Positions 37,552 to 47,353 of a stretch of 64,000 nucleotides of DNA are shown one piece after another. The position numbers and the translations under genes are program-made. Location of the stretch: assembly GCA_038883855.1 (NCBI GenBank), contig JAVZLH010000005.1, positions 1 to 64,000 on the forward strand, given 5' to 3'. The notes under the pieces are model-generated. The model searched no databases, had not been told where the DNA came from, and saw nothing but the letters and a program-made list of their open reading frames with translations. The stretch is from Candidatus Bathyarchaeia archaeon. Lineage in GTDB: Archaea; Thermoproteota; Bathyarchaeia; Bathyarchaeales; Bathycorpusculaceae. Within the stretch, counting starts at the first letter, position 1, and each line of letters starts with the position of its first letter.

Positions 37552-38832
37552 CTATTGAATTTGAACCCTTTTTCCCGTAAAATCAAAAATGTTCCTTTCT
37601 ATAGTAGTTTCGCAGCTTCGAATTTTCTCCTCGGTTTCGCTGATAGCTCGCTCAACAGCGTTTGCTTCAGAATTCACAACATCAATTCTCTTTTCCAATT
37701 CTTCAAGATGCGCTTGCAAAATTGACAAGTTGTGCTTTGCCTCTTCAATGCTTGCCGAAGTGAAAAGCTGCTTTTTCTGTAAAGCTAAGTTCACGCACTT
37801 CCGCTGAAGGTCTGCCAAAGAGTTTTTGTTGAGGATGTTGTCTATTTCTTGTTCAGACTTCCGCCTTTTGTCTGGTTTTAGGCTTACTTTTTCCTCAGAA
37901 ATCGCACGCTTCAATTTTTGAAGAATGTCCCTCAACAGCGGATAATTTTCCTTTTCAGCGACAAGAGCGTTGAAAGGATTCATTATATACTCCTCTAATT
38001 TTTTCAGTTCGTCTTGTGTTAAACCGCTCCCACCGCCATGAAGTGACAGAGCTTGGAGCTTTATGAATGGTTTTTGCAAGTGCTGAAGCGCATGCCTAAC
38101 CTTAGTGTTTAAGGCTTCAATCTCCATGTCTAGCTGGCTTAGTTGGCTTAAACTGCCCTCATTTTTTAAACTTGCAATCTTATGCTGTTTATCTGAAATT
38201 GCCCTCTCCAACGAAGCCTTTTCAGCCTCAACCTTCAATTTTTTCGCTTTCAAGTCTTCTAGCTGTTTCTGGAGAACAGCAAGCTTTTCTATTAGTTGGA
38301 AGGTTTCCTCCAAAGTTTTTGTTTTGACATACTCTTTTGTTAGAAAATTGGTCAATTCCTTTAGAGAAATCTTTGACTTTTCAAAAACTGCGAGGAATTT
38401 TCTTCTATCAAGGATGAAGAAAGGCGATATTCGTGGAAACCAGCTTCGCACATCAACCTCTGTAACCAAAAACACTTCTTGGATTTCTTGAGTAAAATCT
38501 CTTAGACTGTCATAGAAAACTTGTTCTGGAACCTTAATCTGTTTAAACCTATCCAAAAAGATACGCGCAAGCTTATTCAAGGCTCTTGCCCTACCATAGG
38601 TTTTCATGTTTCGCTTTTCAATCTCTTTCGCGCTGTTATCAAGAAGCATTTGACTGGCTTCCGAAAGAGTTCTTATTGCCTTTTGCATCTCGTCAAGCAG
38701 CTTCTCAGCCTTAGCGTGAACCGGAACAAAAATTGAGCCAGTTTCACGTTCAAGCCAGCTTTTGATTTCGCTTGCAGAGATTTTTGCAGCTTCAAACAAG
38801 TTTACATCCCAATAAAAATGTGTAGAGGTCAT
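37552..38832 (-). CDS. Long coiled-coil hypothetical protein
   Basis: Heptad-rich E/K/L sequence with no ATPase motifs; abuts the phosphatase gene. Confidence 0.7.
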   Translation of the reverse strand: MTSTHFYWDVNLFEAAKISASEIKSWLERETGSIFVPVHAKAEKLLDEMQKAIRTLSEASQMLLDNSAKEIEKRNMKTYGRARALNKLARIFLDRFKQIKVPEQVFYDSLRDFTQEIQEVFLVTEVDVRSWFPRISPFFILDRRKFLAVFEKSKISLKELTNFLTKEYVKTKTLEETFQLIEKLAVLQKQLEDLKAKKLKVEAEKASLERAISDKQHKIASLKNEGSLSQLSQLDMEIEALNTKVRHALQHLQKPFIKLQALSLHGGGSGLTQDELKKLEEYIMNPFNALVAEKENYPLLRDILQKLKRAISEEKVSLKPDKRRKSEQEIDNILNKNSLADLQRKCVNLALQKKQLFTSASIEEAKHNLSILQAHLEELEKRIDVVNSEANAVERAISETEEKIRSCETTIERNIFDFTGKRVQIQ

Positions 38833-38855
38833 ATTTATTTTTCAAACTTATCGAA

Positions 38856-38893
38856 TTTACTCATTATTGAGTAGAAACTTATATATGAGTAAA
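38856..38893. promoter_or_regulatory. Inverted-repeat operator candidate around the TATA box of a divergent promoter
   Basis: TTTACTCAT (38856-64) / ATGAGTAAA (38885-93), an inner TACTCA-TTAT-TGAGTA, and a further TGAGTA at 38914; they flank GAAACTTATATA (BRE/TATA). Confidence 0.5.
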
Positions 38894-38922
38894 ACCAACA
38901 ACGCCCTACAAAGTGAGTAATA

Positions 38923-39564
38923 ATGAATACAGCTGAAAATTCCAAAAAAATAGTTTTCATTGCGCTTATGACAGCGCTAGGAAATGTTATGTTTATCATT
39001 TCACAGACAATTTTTAAGACGACTCAAATAGCCCTAGACCTATCCCATATTGGAACTTTAATTGCAGCAGTTTACGGAGGTCCATTAGTAGGTTTAGTTA
39101 CTGGTCTTCTTGTAGGGATAGGACCTGGAATCTATTTTGGATACATAGGAGGAAGCCTGGGACTGCTTGGAGCCATAGGCTTGCCGATAGGGAAAGCGAT
39201 GACCGGGGTTGCAGTAGGTTATTTGGCGAAAATGTTTAAAGTGGAAAATTCAAAATACTCTTCTTGGAAAATGACAGTTGCAACTTTGGTTGGATACATT
39301 CCAGAATGCACCTACACACTGTTCTTCTTTCAAGTTCTTGTCACCGTACTGCTTCCAGATGTCGCCGCATATTTCACATCCATTTTCGGCTCAATGTGGG
39401 TGCTGGCACTCTCTATTCTAGCCAAAGCATGGATTGAGATTGCCCTTCTAGGGTTTTTCATGGGGGCTCTCATTGGAAATAATGGCTTTAACGAATTTGT
39501 AAGTCGTGTGTTCGCAAAACCTTATGCAATTCCAAAAATCCAAACAAAAGACAAAGTAGACTAA
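38923..39564 (+). CDS. ECF transporter S component, unknown substrate
   Basis: 'KIVFIALMTAL', 'LDLSHI..LIAAVYGGP..GLVTG'; about 6 TM helices. Confidence 0.75.
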   Translation: MNTAENSKKIVFIALMTALGNVMFIISQTIFKTTQIALDLSHIGTLIAAVYGGPLVGLVTGLLVGIGPGIYFGYIGGSLGLLGAIGLPIGKAMTGVAVGYLAKMFKVENSKYSSWKMTVATLVGYIPECTYTLFFFQVLVTVLLPDVAAYFTSIFGSMWVLALSILAKAWIEIALLGFFMGALIGNNGFNEFVSRVFAKPYAIPKIQTKDKVD

Positions 39565-40523
39565 AACCCTAAAGACTTCAGCAATATTTCACTATTGATT
39601 TCTCCGGTTTTAAAGGTTCTGCCGCTCCGCACATTGTTTACAATGACTACCGCTGGAGCGAACAAGTTTGGGTCAATCTTGTAGAAGTTGCATTCTGCTT
39701 TTTGGAAGATTTCTATGAACGGACGCCCGTAATCCTTTGAGGCTTTTGATGGAGCATTCTCCAAAATCCTCCTCAGCTCATCCTCATTTTCATAGTCAAC
39801 GACATAGTAGGTTATTCCGCCATATAGAATTACATCGTTTGTCCTCGCCATGGCTTGGGCAAATTTTGGATGCACCGGCGAGATTGGGGCGCATCCCCAA
39901 GCGTAAAGAATCGTTTTTGGATCTAAGCCAACTTTGCTAAGTTTGTGCACTCCAGTCTCGACTATTCTGCCCGAAACCTGCGTTGAGCCTGCGATACTGG
40001 TTGTTGGTGTTAAAATTATGGCTAGATTTTCTATTGCGACTTTGCAGTCTTTTGCTAAGCGTTCCATTAGCGTTTCCGACGGACGCTTATCAGTTTCCAA
40101 AACCATAACAGCCTTTTCAGAATCATCCCTGTAGCCTATCTCCTCGTAAATTGCTTTTGGCTTCAAAGATAGTGCTCTTGCTGGTCCAGACCCCATCGCA
40201 AAGTAGTCGGCTTCTTTTATTTGCCAGCCTGCAAACTGCGAGCCTAAAGTGGATATTGCCGGGTGGTCGGTGTAGACAAATATTGCGGGTAATTCGAGCT
40301 CGCCGTATTTTCTCCTGGTTATTCTTGCCTTTCCACACCCGCCCATGCAAATTTCAGTGATTATTTTTCCAGCTTCGAATCCGCCTTTAGCGTTTATCCC
40401 AGCATCAACAACTGTTGCGCCAGAACTGGTTTTTTCAACCTTCACTCCATAATAATCAGCTTTTTCGCATAATTTTTCCAAAAGGTTCCATGCGAGGCGG
40501 TTCACGCTTAAACCGTTTCTCAA
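39561..40523 (-). CDS. mch: Methenyltetrahydromethanopterin cyclohydrolase
   Basis: 'LSVN', 'LGSQFAGW', 'MGSGPARAL', 'QVSGRIVETG', 'TND.ILYGG', 'FYKIDPNLFAPA'. Confidence 0.96.
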   Translation of the reverse strand: MRNGLSVNRLAWNLLEKLCEKADYYGVKVEKTSSGATVVDAGINAKGGFEAGKIITEICMGGCGKARITRRKYGELELPAIFVYTDHPAISTLGSQFAGWQIKEADYFAMGSGPARALSLKPKAIYEEIGYRDDSEKAVMVLETDKRPSETLMERLAKDCKVAIENLAIILTPTTSIAGSTQVSGRIVETGVHKLSKVGLDPKTILYAWGCAPISPVHPKFAQAMARTNDVILYGGITYYVVDYENEDELRRILENAPSKASKDYGRPFIEIFQKAECNFYKIDPNLFAPAVVIVNNVRSGRTFKTGEINSEILLKSLGF

Positions 40524-40548
40524 GATGGAAGCCTTCTCCTTCTAGCGG

Positions 40549-41376
40549 TTATTTGAGGAATCTTTCATAGTGGCTTAGGTGGGGGTTTTTCTCTTTCGAA
40601 ATATAAAGTTTACCTTGCCCGTTTTCAGTTAAGTCGCCTATAAACAGGTAGAAGGGGGTTTCCACCACCTCGCCCTCTTCAACCTTAACCCTCTTTTTTA
40701 AACTGTCTATGGTGAAAGTCGGCATAACAGACTCCATGAAGCCGCTGACAATTATTGTGCCATCTTTCATACAAGCGCCAGCCCTATCCCCGCAGTTCCC
40801 TTGAACGTAGATAGTTCCTTTATGCATGCGAAAACCAACAAATTGACCAGCATTACCGTAAATTTTTATTATACCCTTCCTCATGTGGTTACCCACATCG
40901 TTTCCAACATCGCCGTGAACAACTATTTTCCCTCCGCTAATTCCTTCCGTGCTTCCGCGGTATGGCGCACCCAAATAGCCATCAGCATTCCCATAGATTT
41001 CTATTGTGCCGCCTTTCATCATGGAACCCGCCCACCCGCCAACATTGCCATGCACAGTTATTTTTCCACCCTTCATTTCTTCGCCTAGGTGCATGCCAAC
41101 ATTTCCATAAATTTTTATTTCTCCACTTTTCATGCCTGCGCCTATTTTTCTAACCTTGCTTAAATCACCCTTTATCGTTATAGCTTCGCCTTCGGACGGA
41201 TTTGTTTCTCGTGTTTCTTCAATTTTGAAAAGCTCGCCGATGGTTTTCTGCTTGTTTCCTTCCCAAACCTTTAGCCCAGCTATCTCTTCAGGCTTTTTCT
41301 CAGCGAAAACGTTTGGGTTTATACACTCGGCGATTATTGGAAATTTAAACTCGCGTTTTGGGTATAGGCTTATCAT
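40549..41376 (-). CDS. fwdC: Formylmethanofuran dehydrogenase subunit C
   Basis: GxxMxxG beta-helix repeats, 'LGAPYRG', 'GDLTENGQGKL'. Confidence 0.95.
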   Translation of the reverse strand: MISLYPKREFKFPIIAECINPNVFAEKKPEEIAGLKVWEGNKQKTIGELFKIEETRETNPSEGEAITIKGDLSKVRKIGAGMKSGEIKIYGNVGMHLGEEMKGGKITVHGNVGGWAGSMMKGGTIEIYGNADGYLGAPYRGSTEGISGGKIVVHGDVGNDVGNHMRKGIIKIYGNAGQFVGFRMHKGTIYVQGNCGDRAGACMKDGTIIVSGFMESVMPTFTIDSLKKRVKVEEGEVVETPFYLFIGDLTENGQGKLYISKEKNPHLSHYERFLK

Positions 41377-43067
41377 TATACATCAGCCTTTACAGTTATT
41401 GGACGCGAAACCTCAAGATAATGTTCTGTAACAGGATAATTCTCGTATTCAACGGTCCAATACTCCTTAAACCTTCTCTTCATCTCTTCAGTTATCTTCG
41501 CTTGCTCAGATGTTTTCACATCCAGCCAAATAGTTGCGCCTTTTGCGTTTTTTATTACTTCGCCGTTTTTAACAACAACCTCTCCGCTTTTAATGGTGTA
41601 GGCGGCTCGTTTAAACGCCTTTCTCAAAGCCTTATACTTTTTTGACTGATCGGTTGTTTCAGGGTTAAAGTTGTATATGGCCATGTCAGCGTCCGCGCCC
41701 ACGCCCAAATGACCTTTAGTTTCAAGCCCCAAGGCTTTTGCTTGTCCAGCCCTTGTCATTATGGCAATTTCATAAAAGGTTAGCTCACGGTCTATTGACG
41801 GAAGTAGGCTCTTGCTTCTTGCGCGCGGATGAATCTTTTTCAGAGTTTTTTCCCGTGCTTTTTTACTCATGAGCCAAGCGACAATCTTCGGGTAGGCGGT
41901 GAAAGGACCCGCATTTGGGTGGTCTGTTGTTAAGAAAATTTTCCACGGGTCTTTGATTAATAGGGCTAGTTCTAAGCCTATCGACCATTGGACAGCGTGG
42001 ACATAGCTTTTTCGGCGGTAATGGAAAGGCACTATCCCACTGCTCGTCTCAGTTTCCACATCGTGGTTAACCCACTTGTTTCCGCTGAGTTTGTAAAGGT
42101 CAAATTGGAAAGGTCCATCCGCAGTCATAGTCGTTGTGTCCGTGAATATTACTTGACCCATATCCATGGTTAAATGGGAATGCGCGTTAACGTAGTTGGC
42201 GATGTCTTCGGCTCCAGACTCGAATGTTCTCCAGTCGTCGCCTTTGAAGGCGGAAAATTGACAGTGGGTTATGTGAATTGCTGGTTTGCCTTCTTCCGCC
42301 AAATCCTCAACGCATTTCAAAGTTTCCAGTGTCGTTATGTAGTTTCCAGGTTTTCCAAGGTTGTTTGTGTGAACGTGAATTGTGTGGGGCAGATTTAGGA
42401 GTTTATTAACTTTGCATAATCCGCGAATTATTTCGCGGGGGGTTATGCAGAAATATGGAACTTGATCGTCTAGGCTTGCGACGTTGCGGCCGAAACCCCA
42501 GGCCTCCAATCCCCCGGGGTTAACAAGTTTTATGGCATATCCTTTAGTTGAGGTTAGCATCCAAGCTACGTGCCTAGCGCATTCCTCGATGTTTCCTTCC
42601 CTCAAATATTCTAGGACAAACCACCAGTCGCCTATAAGGGGGTAACTAGCCTTATCAATTATGGGAGTGTCGTTAAACTCTTCGTGAGTGTGCTTAGCCT
42701 CTAAAGGCGGCATGGCAGGGTCCATAACTGTTGTGTAACCCATTCTTGCATAACGATATCCAGTTGTAAATGTGGATGGAATAGAGTAACCTACTCCAGA
42801 ACGTGTTATCGGCGTTTTATGCTCATAATCCCTAAAGTGGTCTTCCGGTCTCAGAAGCCTTCCACTGTTCACTTTTCCACCGGCGATATGAGAGTGTATG
42901 TCAACTCCGCCGGGCATAACAACCATCCCAGAAGCATCTATTGTCTTTGCTCTAAACTCATCGACTTTTCCGACGATCTTTCCATCTTTTACAGCAATGT
43001 CCATTTTTTCTCCGTCAACGCCGTTAAGCGGGTCATAAACTAGACCGTTCTTTATTAGAAGCTCCAT
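41376..43067 (-). CDS. fwdA: Formylmethanofuran dehydrogenase subunit A
   Basis: 'PGGVDIHSHIAG', 'KLVNPGG', 'HVHTNNLG', 'TTMTADGP', 'TTDHPNAGPF'. Confidence 0.96.
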   Translation of the reverse strand: MELLIKNGLVYDPLNGVDGEKMDIAVKDGKIVGKVDEFRAKTIDASGMVVMPGGVDIHSHIAGGKVNSGRLLRPEDHFRDYEHKTPITRSGVGYSIPSTFTTGYRYARMGYTTVMDPAMPPLEAKHTHEEFNDTPIIDKASYPLIGDWWFVLEYLREGNIEECARHVAWMLTSTKGYAIKLVNPGGLEAWGFGRNVASLDDQVPYFCITPREIIRGLCKVNKLLNLPHTIHVHTNNLGKPGNYITTLETLKCVEDLAEEGKPAIHITHCQFSAFKGDDWRTFESGAEDIANYVNAHSHLTMDMGQVIFTDTTTMTADGPFQFDLYKLSGNKWVNHDVETETSSGIVPFHYRRKSYVHAVQWSIGLELALLIKDPWKIFLTTDHPNAGPFTAYPKIVAWLMSKKAREKTLKKIHPRARSKSLLPSIDRELTFYEIAIMTRAGQAKALGLETKGHLGVGADADMAIYNFNPETTDQSKKYKALRKAFKRAAYTIKSGEVVVKNGEVIKNAKGATIWLDVKTSEQAKITEEMKRRFKEYWTVEYENYPVTEHYLEVSRPITVKADV

Positions 43068-44528
43068 TCAGTCTTCCTCCGTTTCTTTTCCGCTCTTTTT
43101 CTTTATCTTTCGGACTTCGGCGAGGATTTCCCTCAAAATTTCCTCGTCCGGAGATATTCCGGGAGGTGGGTCAACAACTTTCTTTAGTGGAATGGGCACG
43201 TGGTCCATGCGGTAAGCTGTTCCGCTGGCTTCAATTCCAACAAAGGCTGAGGGGATAACTACGTCTGCCATCTGGGCTGTAGCGTTCATGTGGGGGTCTA
43301 TCACTATCAGCGGATTTTCAACAAGATGTTTGACAGCCTCTTTTGGAAAGGTTGCCACCGGGTCTGAAGCAACAACTAAGGCTGCGTCTGACTCCTTACG
43401 TAAAAGCACGTCTACAACGGATGTTTCTCCAGGGTTATATCGAGGGTAACCAAGCGAAAAGTCAACTGCATATGGGTAGCCTGTCTGCCACGTGGAAACA
43501 GTGTTCGCGCCCGTAACGTTAAAGTGTCCCCTCATGGGCATTATGATGAATTTTGTATACATGTTTAAGTCACGGACTAGGGAAAGCGCAGCATCTATAT
43601 TCTTAAGTTTGCCACCGCTCATTGTTAAGCCGACGCCGAAAAACAAAGCTCCGAAGTCGCAGTTGACCATGGCGTCGGCAACTTCCTCAAGATATTCTAC
43701 TGGGACGCCGGCAACCTCGTCCACATCAAGTTCCTGATCACGAATCAAAGCCCTAAAAGCTTGGAGAAGCTCATAATCCTTGTTCGGCTCAACTTGAATG
43801 AAGTAATCAGCCATTTCCGCGGACTTCGTTTTTCTAACGTCAATAACTATGAGTTTTCTCCCTTCTCTGGGAATCGTCGGACAAACTTTTTCTTTGGGCG
43901 GTGAAAAAGATGGCTTTTTCTTTAGCACTAATCTTCTGATGGCGCTCTGAATTTTCTTTTTTCCAATTAAGGCTCTTATTTTGGCTACGTAGCCTCTCCA
44001 ATCGCTTTTTTCAAATCTTCCTTCAGAGAATACTGTGTACCTTTCAATGTGTCTTGGATGGGCGCTCCAAGGGTCGCTTCCCCAGTAGATAACTAGGTCT
44101 GCCCTATGCCTAATCTGTCCAAGAGTGCATGAGGGAATGCCAACTTCTTGAACACTCAAGAGCGAAGGACCATGGCAAACTACAGACGTGTTGTCAATCA
44201 CTCCGCCTACTTCCTCAGCTAACTCAAGTCCAACTCTTGTAGCCTCGCAGCTTGTTGAACTCCATCCGTATAGGATTGGATAGTTGGCTTGAGCTAGGAT
44301 TTCGGCGCCTTTCTCTATTGCTTCTTTAAGCGTAACTTTTACGAGTTCTCCGTTCTTTCTTATCATAGGCTTTAAAATTCTATGCTCTCCGCAGTAGCCC
44401 AAAAATTTCGATTCACACATGGCGCAGCCGTTCTTAACCTTCACTATCTTTCCTTTATCAATCGTTAACTCGATATCGTCGCATAGGCTTCCACAAACTG
44501 GACATGTTACGGCTTTAACTACTTGCAT
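43068..44528 (-). CDS. fwdB: Formylmethanofuran dehydrogenase subunit B (Cys form)
   Basis: 'CPVCGSLCDD', 'VCHGPS', 'AHPRH', 'MRGHFNVTG', 'GTAYRMD'. Confidence 0.95.
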   Translation of the reverse strand: MQVVKAVTCPVCGSLCDDIELTIDKGKIVKVKNGCAMCESKFLGYCGEHRILKPMIRKNGELVKVTLKEAIEKGAEILAQANYPILYGWSSTSCEATRVGLELAEEVGGVIDNTSVVCHGPSLLSVQEVGIPSCTLGQIRHRADLVIYWGSDPWSAHPRHIERYTVFSEGRFEKSDWRGYVAKIRALIGKKKIQSAIRRLVLKKKPSFSPPKEKVCPTIPREGRKLIVIDVRKTKSAEMADYFIQVEPNKDYELLQAFRALIRDQELDVDEVAGVPVEYLEEVADAMVNCDFGALFFGVGLTMSGGKLKNIDAALSLVRDLNMYTKFIIMPMRGHFNVTGANTVSTWQTGYPYAVDFSLGYPRYNPGETSVVDVLLRKESDAALVVASDPVATFPKEAVKHLVENPLIVIDPHMNATAQMADVVIPSAFVGIEASGTAYRMDHVPIPLKKVVDPPPGISPDEEILREILAEVRKIKKKSGKETEED

Positions 44529-44937
44529 ATGCTTCCTTCCCAAACTGTGTTTTAAGAAGTTCTGTAAGGCTTAAGATGGGCTTATCTGGGGCAGGCTCAA
44601 CTTCTGCTGGAATCCCCTTAAAGGACGGCGTGCCTATGCCGTTGGTTTCAGGGTTAACAACAACATTTGCCCATGGACCATAAGGAATATAGATTATTCC
44701 TGGATGGGGGGCTCTAAGGGATTTCAGAGCTTTCACAACAACCGAGCCATAACTCGTTGAAACCAAAACGTTTGTTCCATCTTTAACTTTAAGCTTTTTA
44801 AGGTCTTCTGGGTCCATGTGGCAGACGGAAACGCTTTCCATATACTCCTTTGATATTTTCCCCCTTTCTTTTCCAACGCCCTGCTCTATTGTCCTCCCGG
44901 TGACCAACGTAACTTTAAGTTTGTGACGCTCCTCCAT
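44515..44937 (-). CDS. fwdD: Formylmethanofuran dehydrogenase subunit D
   Basis: 'TGRTIEQG', 'IPYGPWAN', 'GTPSFKG'. Confidence 0.95.
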   Translation of the reverse strand: MEERHKLKVTLVTGRTIEQGVGKERGKISKEYMESVSVCHMDPEDLKKLKVKDGTNVLVSTSYGSVVVKALKSLRAPHPGIIYIPYGPWANVVVNPETNGIGTPSFKGIPAEVEPAPDKPILSLTELLKTQFGKEAYASS

Positions 44938-45054
44938 CAGTTAAACCTCAAATTTTAAGGTTGTACGCTGAACCACACATGGCCTTAACCGTATTTGGAA
45001 AACTAGTAACATTTTAACCTTACTAATTGTTTAGCCGCGATTAATCAAGAACTT

Positions 45055-46322
45055 TTACCTTTCCTTCCATCGAGTCACAATCGAACCTAATACTATGAAG
45101 ATGACAGCAAGCACTGCAATAACAGCCATGTTCACATACACTCCCTCAGCATATTTATAAATCATCGCGCTTCTGAGCGCGCTTCTGAGAAATATGTTAA
45201 TGGAAGTACTCTGGAGATGGATTGTATATAGCTTGGCATTATTTCTATTGGAAAGTAAGTTCCAGATAGAAACATCATGGGAAAAGCGATGGCGTTTCCG
45301 AGGGCGGAAGCAGCTTCCACATCCTTAACCAACCCAGACAGCAACATACCCATTCCAGAAAACATGACGGAACCTAAAAAGATAAGAGTAATACATGGAA
45401 TGTCGGGTATAACTTGCACATTGAAAACTATCCAGCCAATAGCTAGCATGAAAGCGGTCAGCATCAGATTTAAAATGGTTTGGCTAAGAACATTGCCGAG
45501 CACCCAGTCCATTTTTGAGAGAGGCGTTATTGAAAGCCGTTTTATTACGCCTCGCCTCTTAAACTCTGTCGTGTTCGCTGTTAACCCAATTATTCCATTA
45601 GTCATGATGAAAGCGGCGGTTATGCCGGGGACATAATAGTCTACAGTTCTGAAGTGGCTGTCGGCTATTGATTCCTCGGTAAATTCGATGATATTTTCGG
45701 CTCTTATCAGTTGGTAGTTAACGGCGTTTGCAACGTTCATCACAATGCTTTTGACTATGGCTGAAGACTGGTCTGCAGCGTCCAGAATTATGGTTAGAGA
45801 AGCCCGCGTGTATGGAAGGGTCTCGTTGTATTGGCTCATCAAAAATAAGCCTTGCTGAAAAATAGTTTTCTCATTTTCGTTTAGGTATGGTTCAATCACA
45901 TAGTAGGTTGTGTTTAATGTGTTGTAGGATATGCCAACACGAACTTTCCATGCGCCATTCAGCAAATCCTCTTGAAAGCCTTCCGAAATCATTAACACTC
46001 GGACATATCCGCCGAATGGACCTAACGCGTGTCTGGCGTAATCTTTAACATCAACATCTAGGGGCACTTCTGTTATCGCAAAGGTTTTTGTCAAGTTTAA
46101 GGCGTCTATGAAAGCTTTTGAAAGATCTGTTGGTTTTCCTTCCGCTGTTATGTCAAAGTTTTGGATGAACAGGCGGTAGGTTGCTGCACTTCCGCTGCCG
46201 CTGAATATAGCTCCAAAAACCAGCAGTAGCAAAACTGGGAAGAGTATGCTGAAGAATACGCCAGAGCGGCTTCTAATCCAGTTCTTCGTGACGGCTTTAA
46301 ATATTAAAATTGGCTTTCTCAT
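45055..46322 (-). pseudogene. ABC-2 type permease, frameshifted near the 3' end
   Basis: 'FPMMFLSGTYFP...LPLTYFSE' is followed by a stop; the last TM helix 'LRSAMIYKYAEGVYVNMAVIAVLAVIFIVLGSIVTRWKER' continues in another frame after the tandem repeat CTCAGAAGCGCG x2. Confidence 0.8.
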
Positions 46323-47251
46323 TTCAGTTCACCCTCCTCTGTTATTCTTCCTCCAACAACTTTGAGGAAAACATCCTCAATCGTCGGAGTTTGTATCTCG
46401 ACTTCGCTTTCCACTTTCAATTTTGTTAATGTTGAGAAGATATTCTACATTTCCTTGACATCGTTAACTTTTACGAAAACATCGCCGCCATGGTTTAACG
46501 TTACATCACCATAAGCGTTTTGGAGGGTTTCTGCAAGCTTCTTTCCTCCACCTCTTATAATCAGAACTTTAAGCCCACCATATTGGGAGATTAACTCCTG
46601 CGGGGAACCCATGGCGACAATCTTCCCCTTATTTATTATAGCGATTCTGTCGGCTAGAACCTGGGCTTCTTCCATGTAATGGGTTGACAAAAAAACTGTT
46701 TTACCTAAACCCTTCAAATTCTTGATAACTTCCCAAACTTCCCTTCTCGCCTTAGGGTCGAGACCAGTTGTAGGCTCATCTAAGAAAACAAATCCTGAAT
46801 CGTTAACGAGAGCCGCGGCAACACCAACCCTCTGTTTTAACCCGCCAGACAAGTTTTCAAATTTCTCGTTCGTTTTATCTTCCAAGTCGAGAAGCTTTAT
46901 AACTTCAAGCGAATCCAGTCGCTTTTCGTACATGCCTCCGATCAAATCTATGTTCTCCTTAACTGTCAGTTTCTCCAAACAACTGAAATCTTGCGGTAAA
47001 ACACCTATTCGCCGTTTAATCTCCTTTACATCCTCTCTTTTTGTCACGTCATAGCCTAAAACTTTAGCAGAACCACTTGTTAAGGGCCTTATACATTCTA
47101 GGATTTCAACAGTTGTTGTTTTTCCAGCTCCGTTTGGACCTAAAAAGGCGAAGATTTCGCCTTCGTAAACTTCGAAGGAAATGTCGTTAACAGCCCTTAA
47201 GTTCCCATATTTTTTAACGAGAGATTCAACTTCTATAACAACGTTTCCCAT
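46319..47251 (-). pseudogene. ABC-2 type ATP-binding protein with in-frame TAG at 46445-46447
   Basis: 'GPNGAGKT', 'LSGG', 'LDEPTTGLD', 'STHYMEEA'; after the TAG the frame continues 'NIFSTLTKLKVESEVEIQTPTIEDVFLKVVGGRITEEGELK' to a TGA overlapping the permease ATG. Confidence 0.8.
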
Positions 47252-47353
47252 ATAAACTCCAGCCAAAGCGCCATCATTTTGGCATTGCCTAATTTAAAGT
47301 TTATGCAAAGTGAAGATAAGAATAGTTAGTTACGTGAGAAAGAAGAATTAGCG

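Noticed and set aside
44160-44185. Selenocysteine in FwdB
   Set aside because: The ligand position is a Cys codon (VCHGPS), with no in-frame TGA.
44938-45054. Moco/tungsten riboswitch upstream of fwdD
   Set aside because: Short AT-rich region lacking the GNRA-capped stems and conserved motifs.
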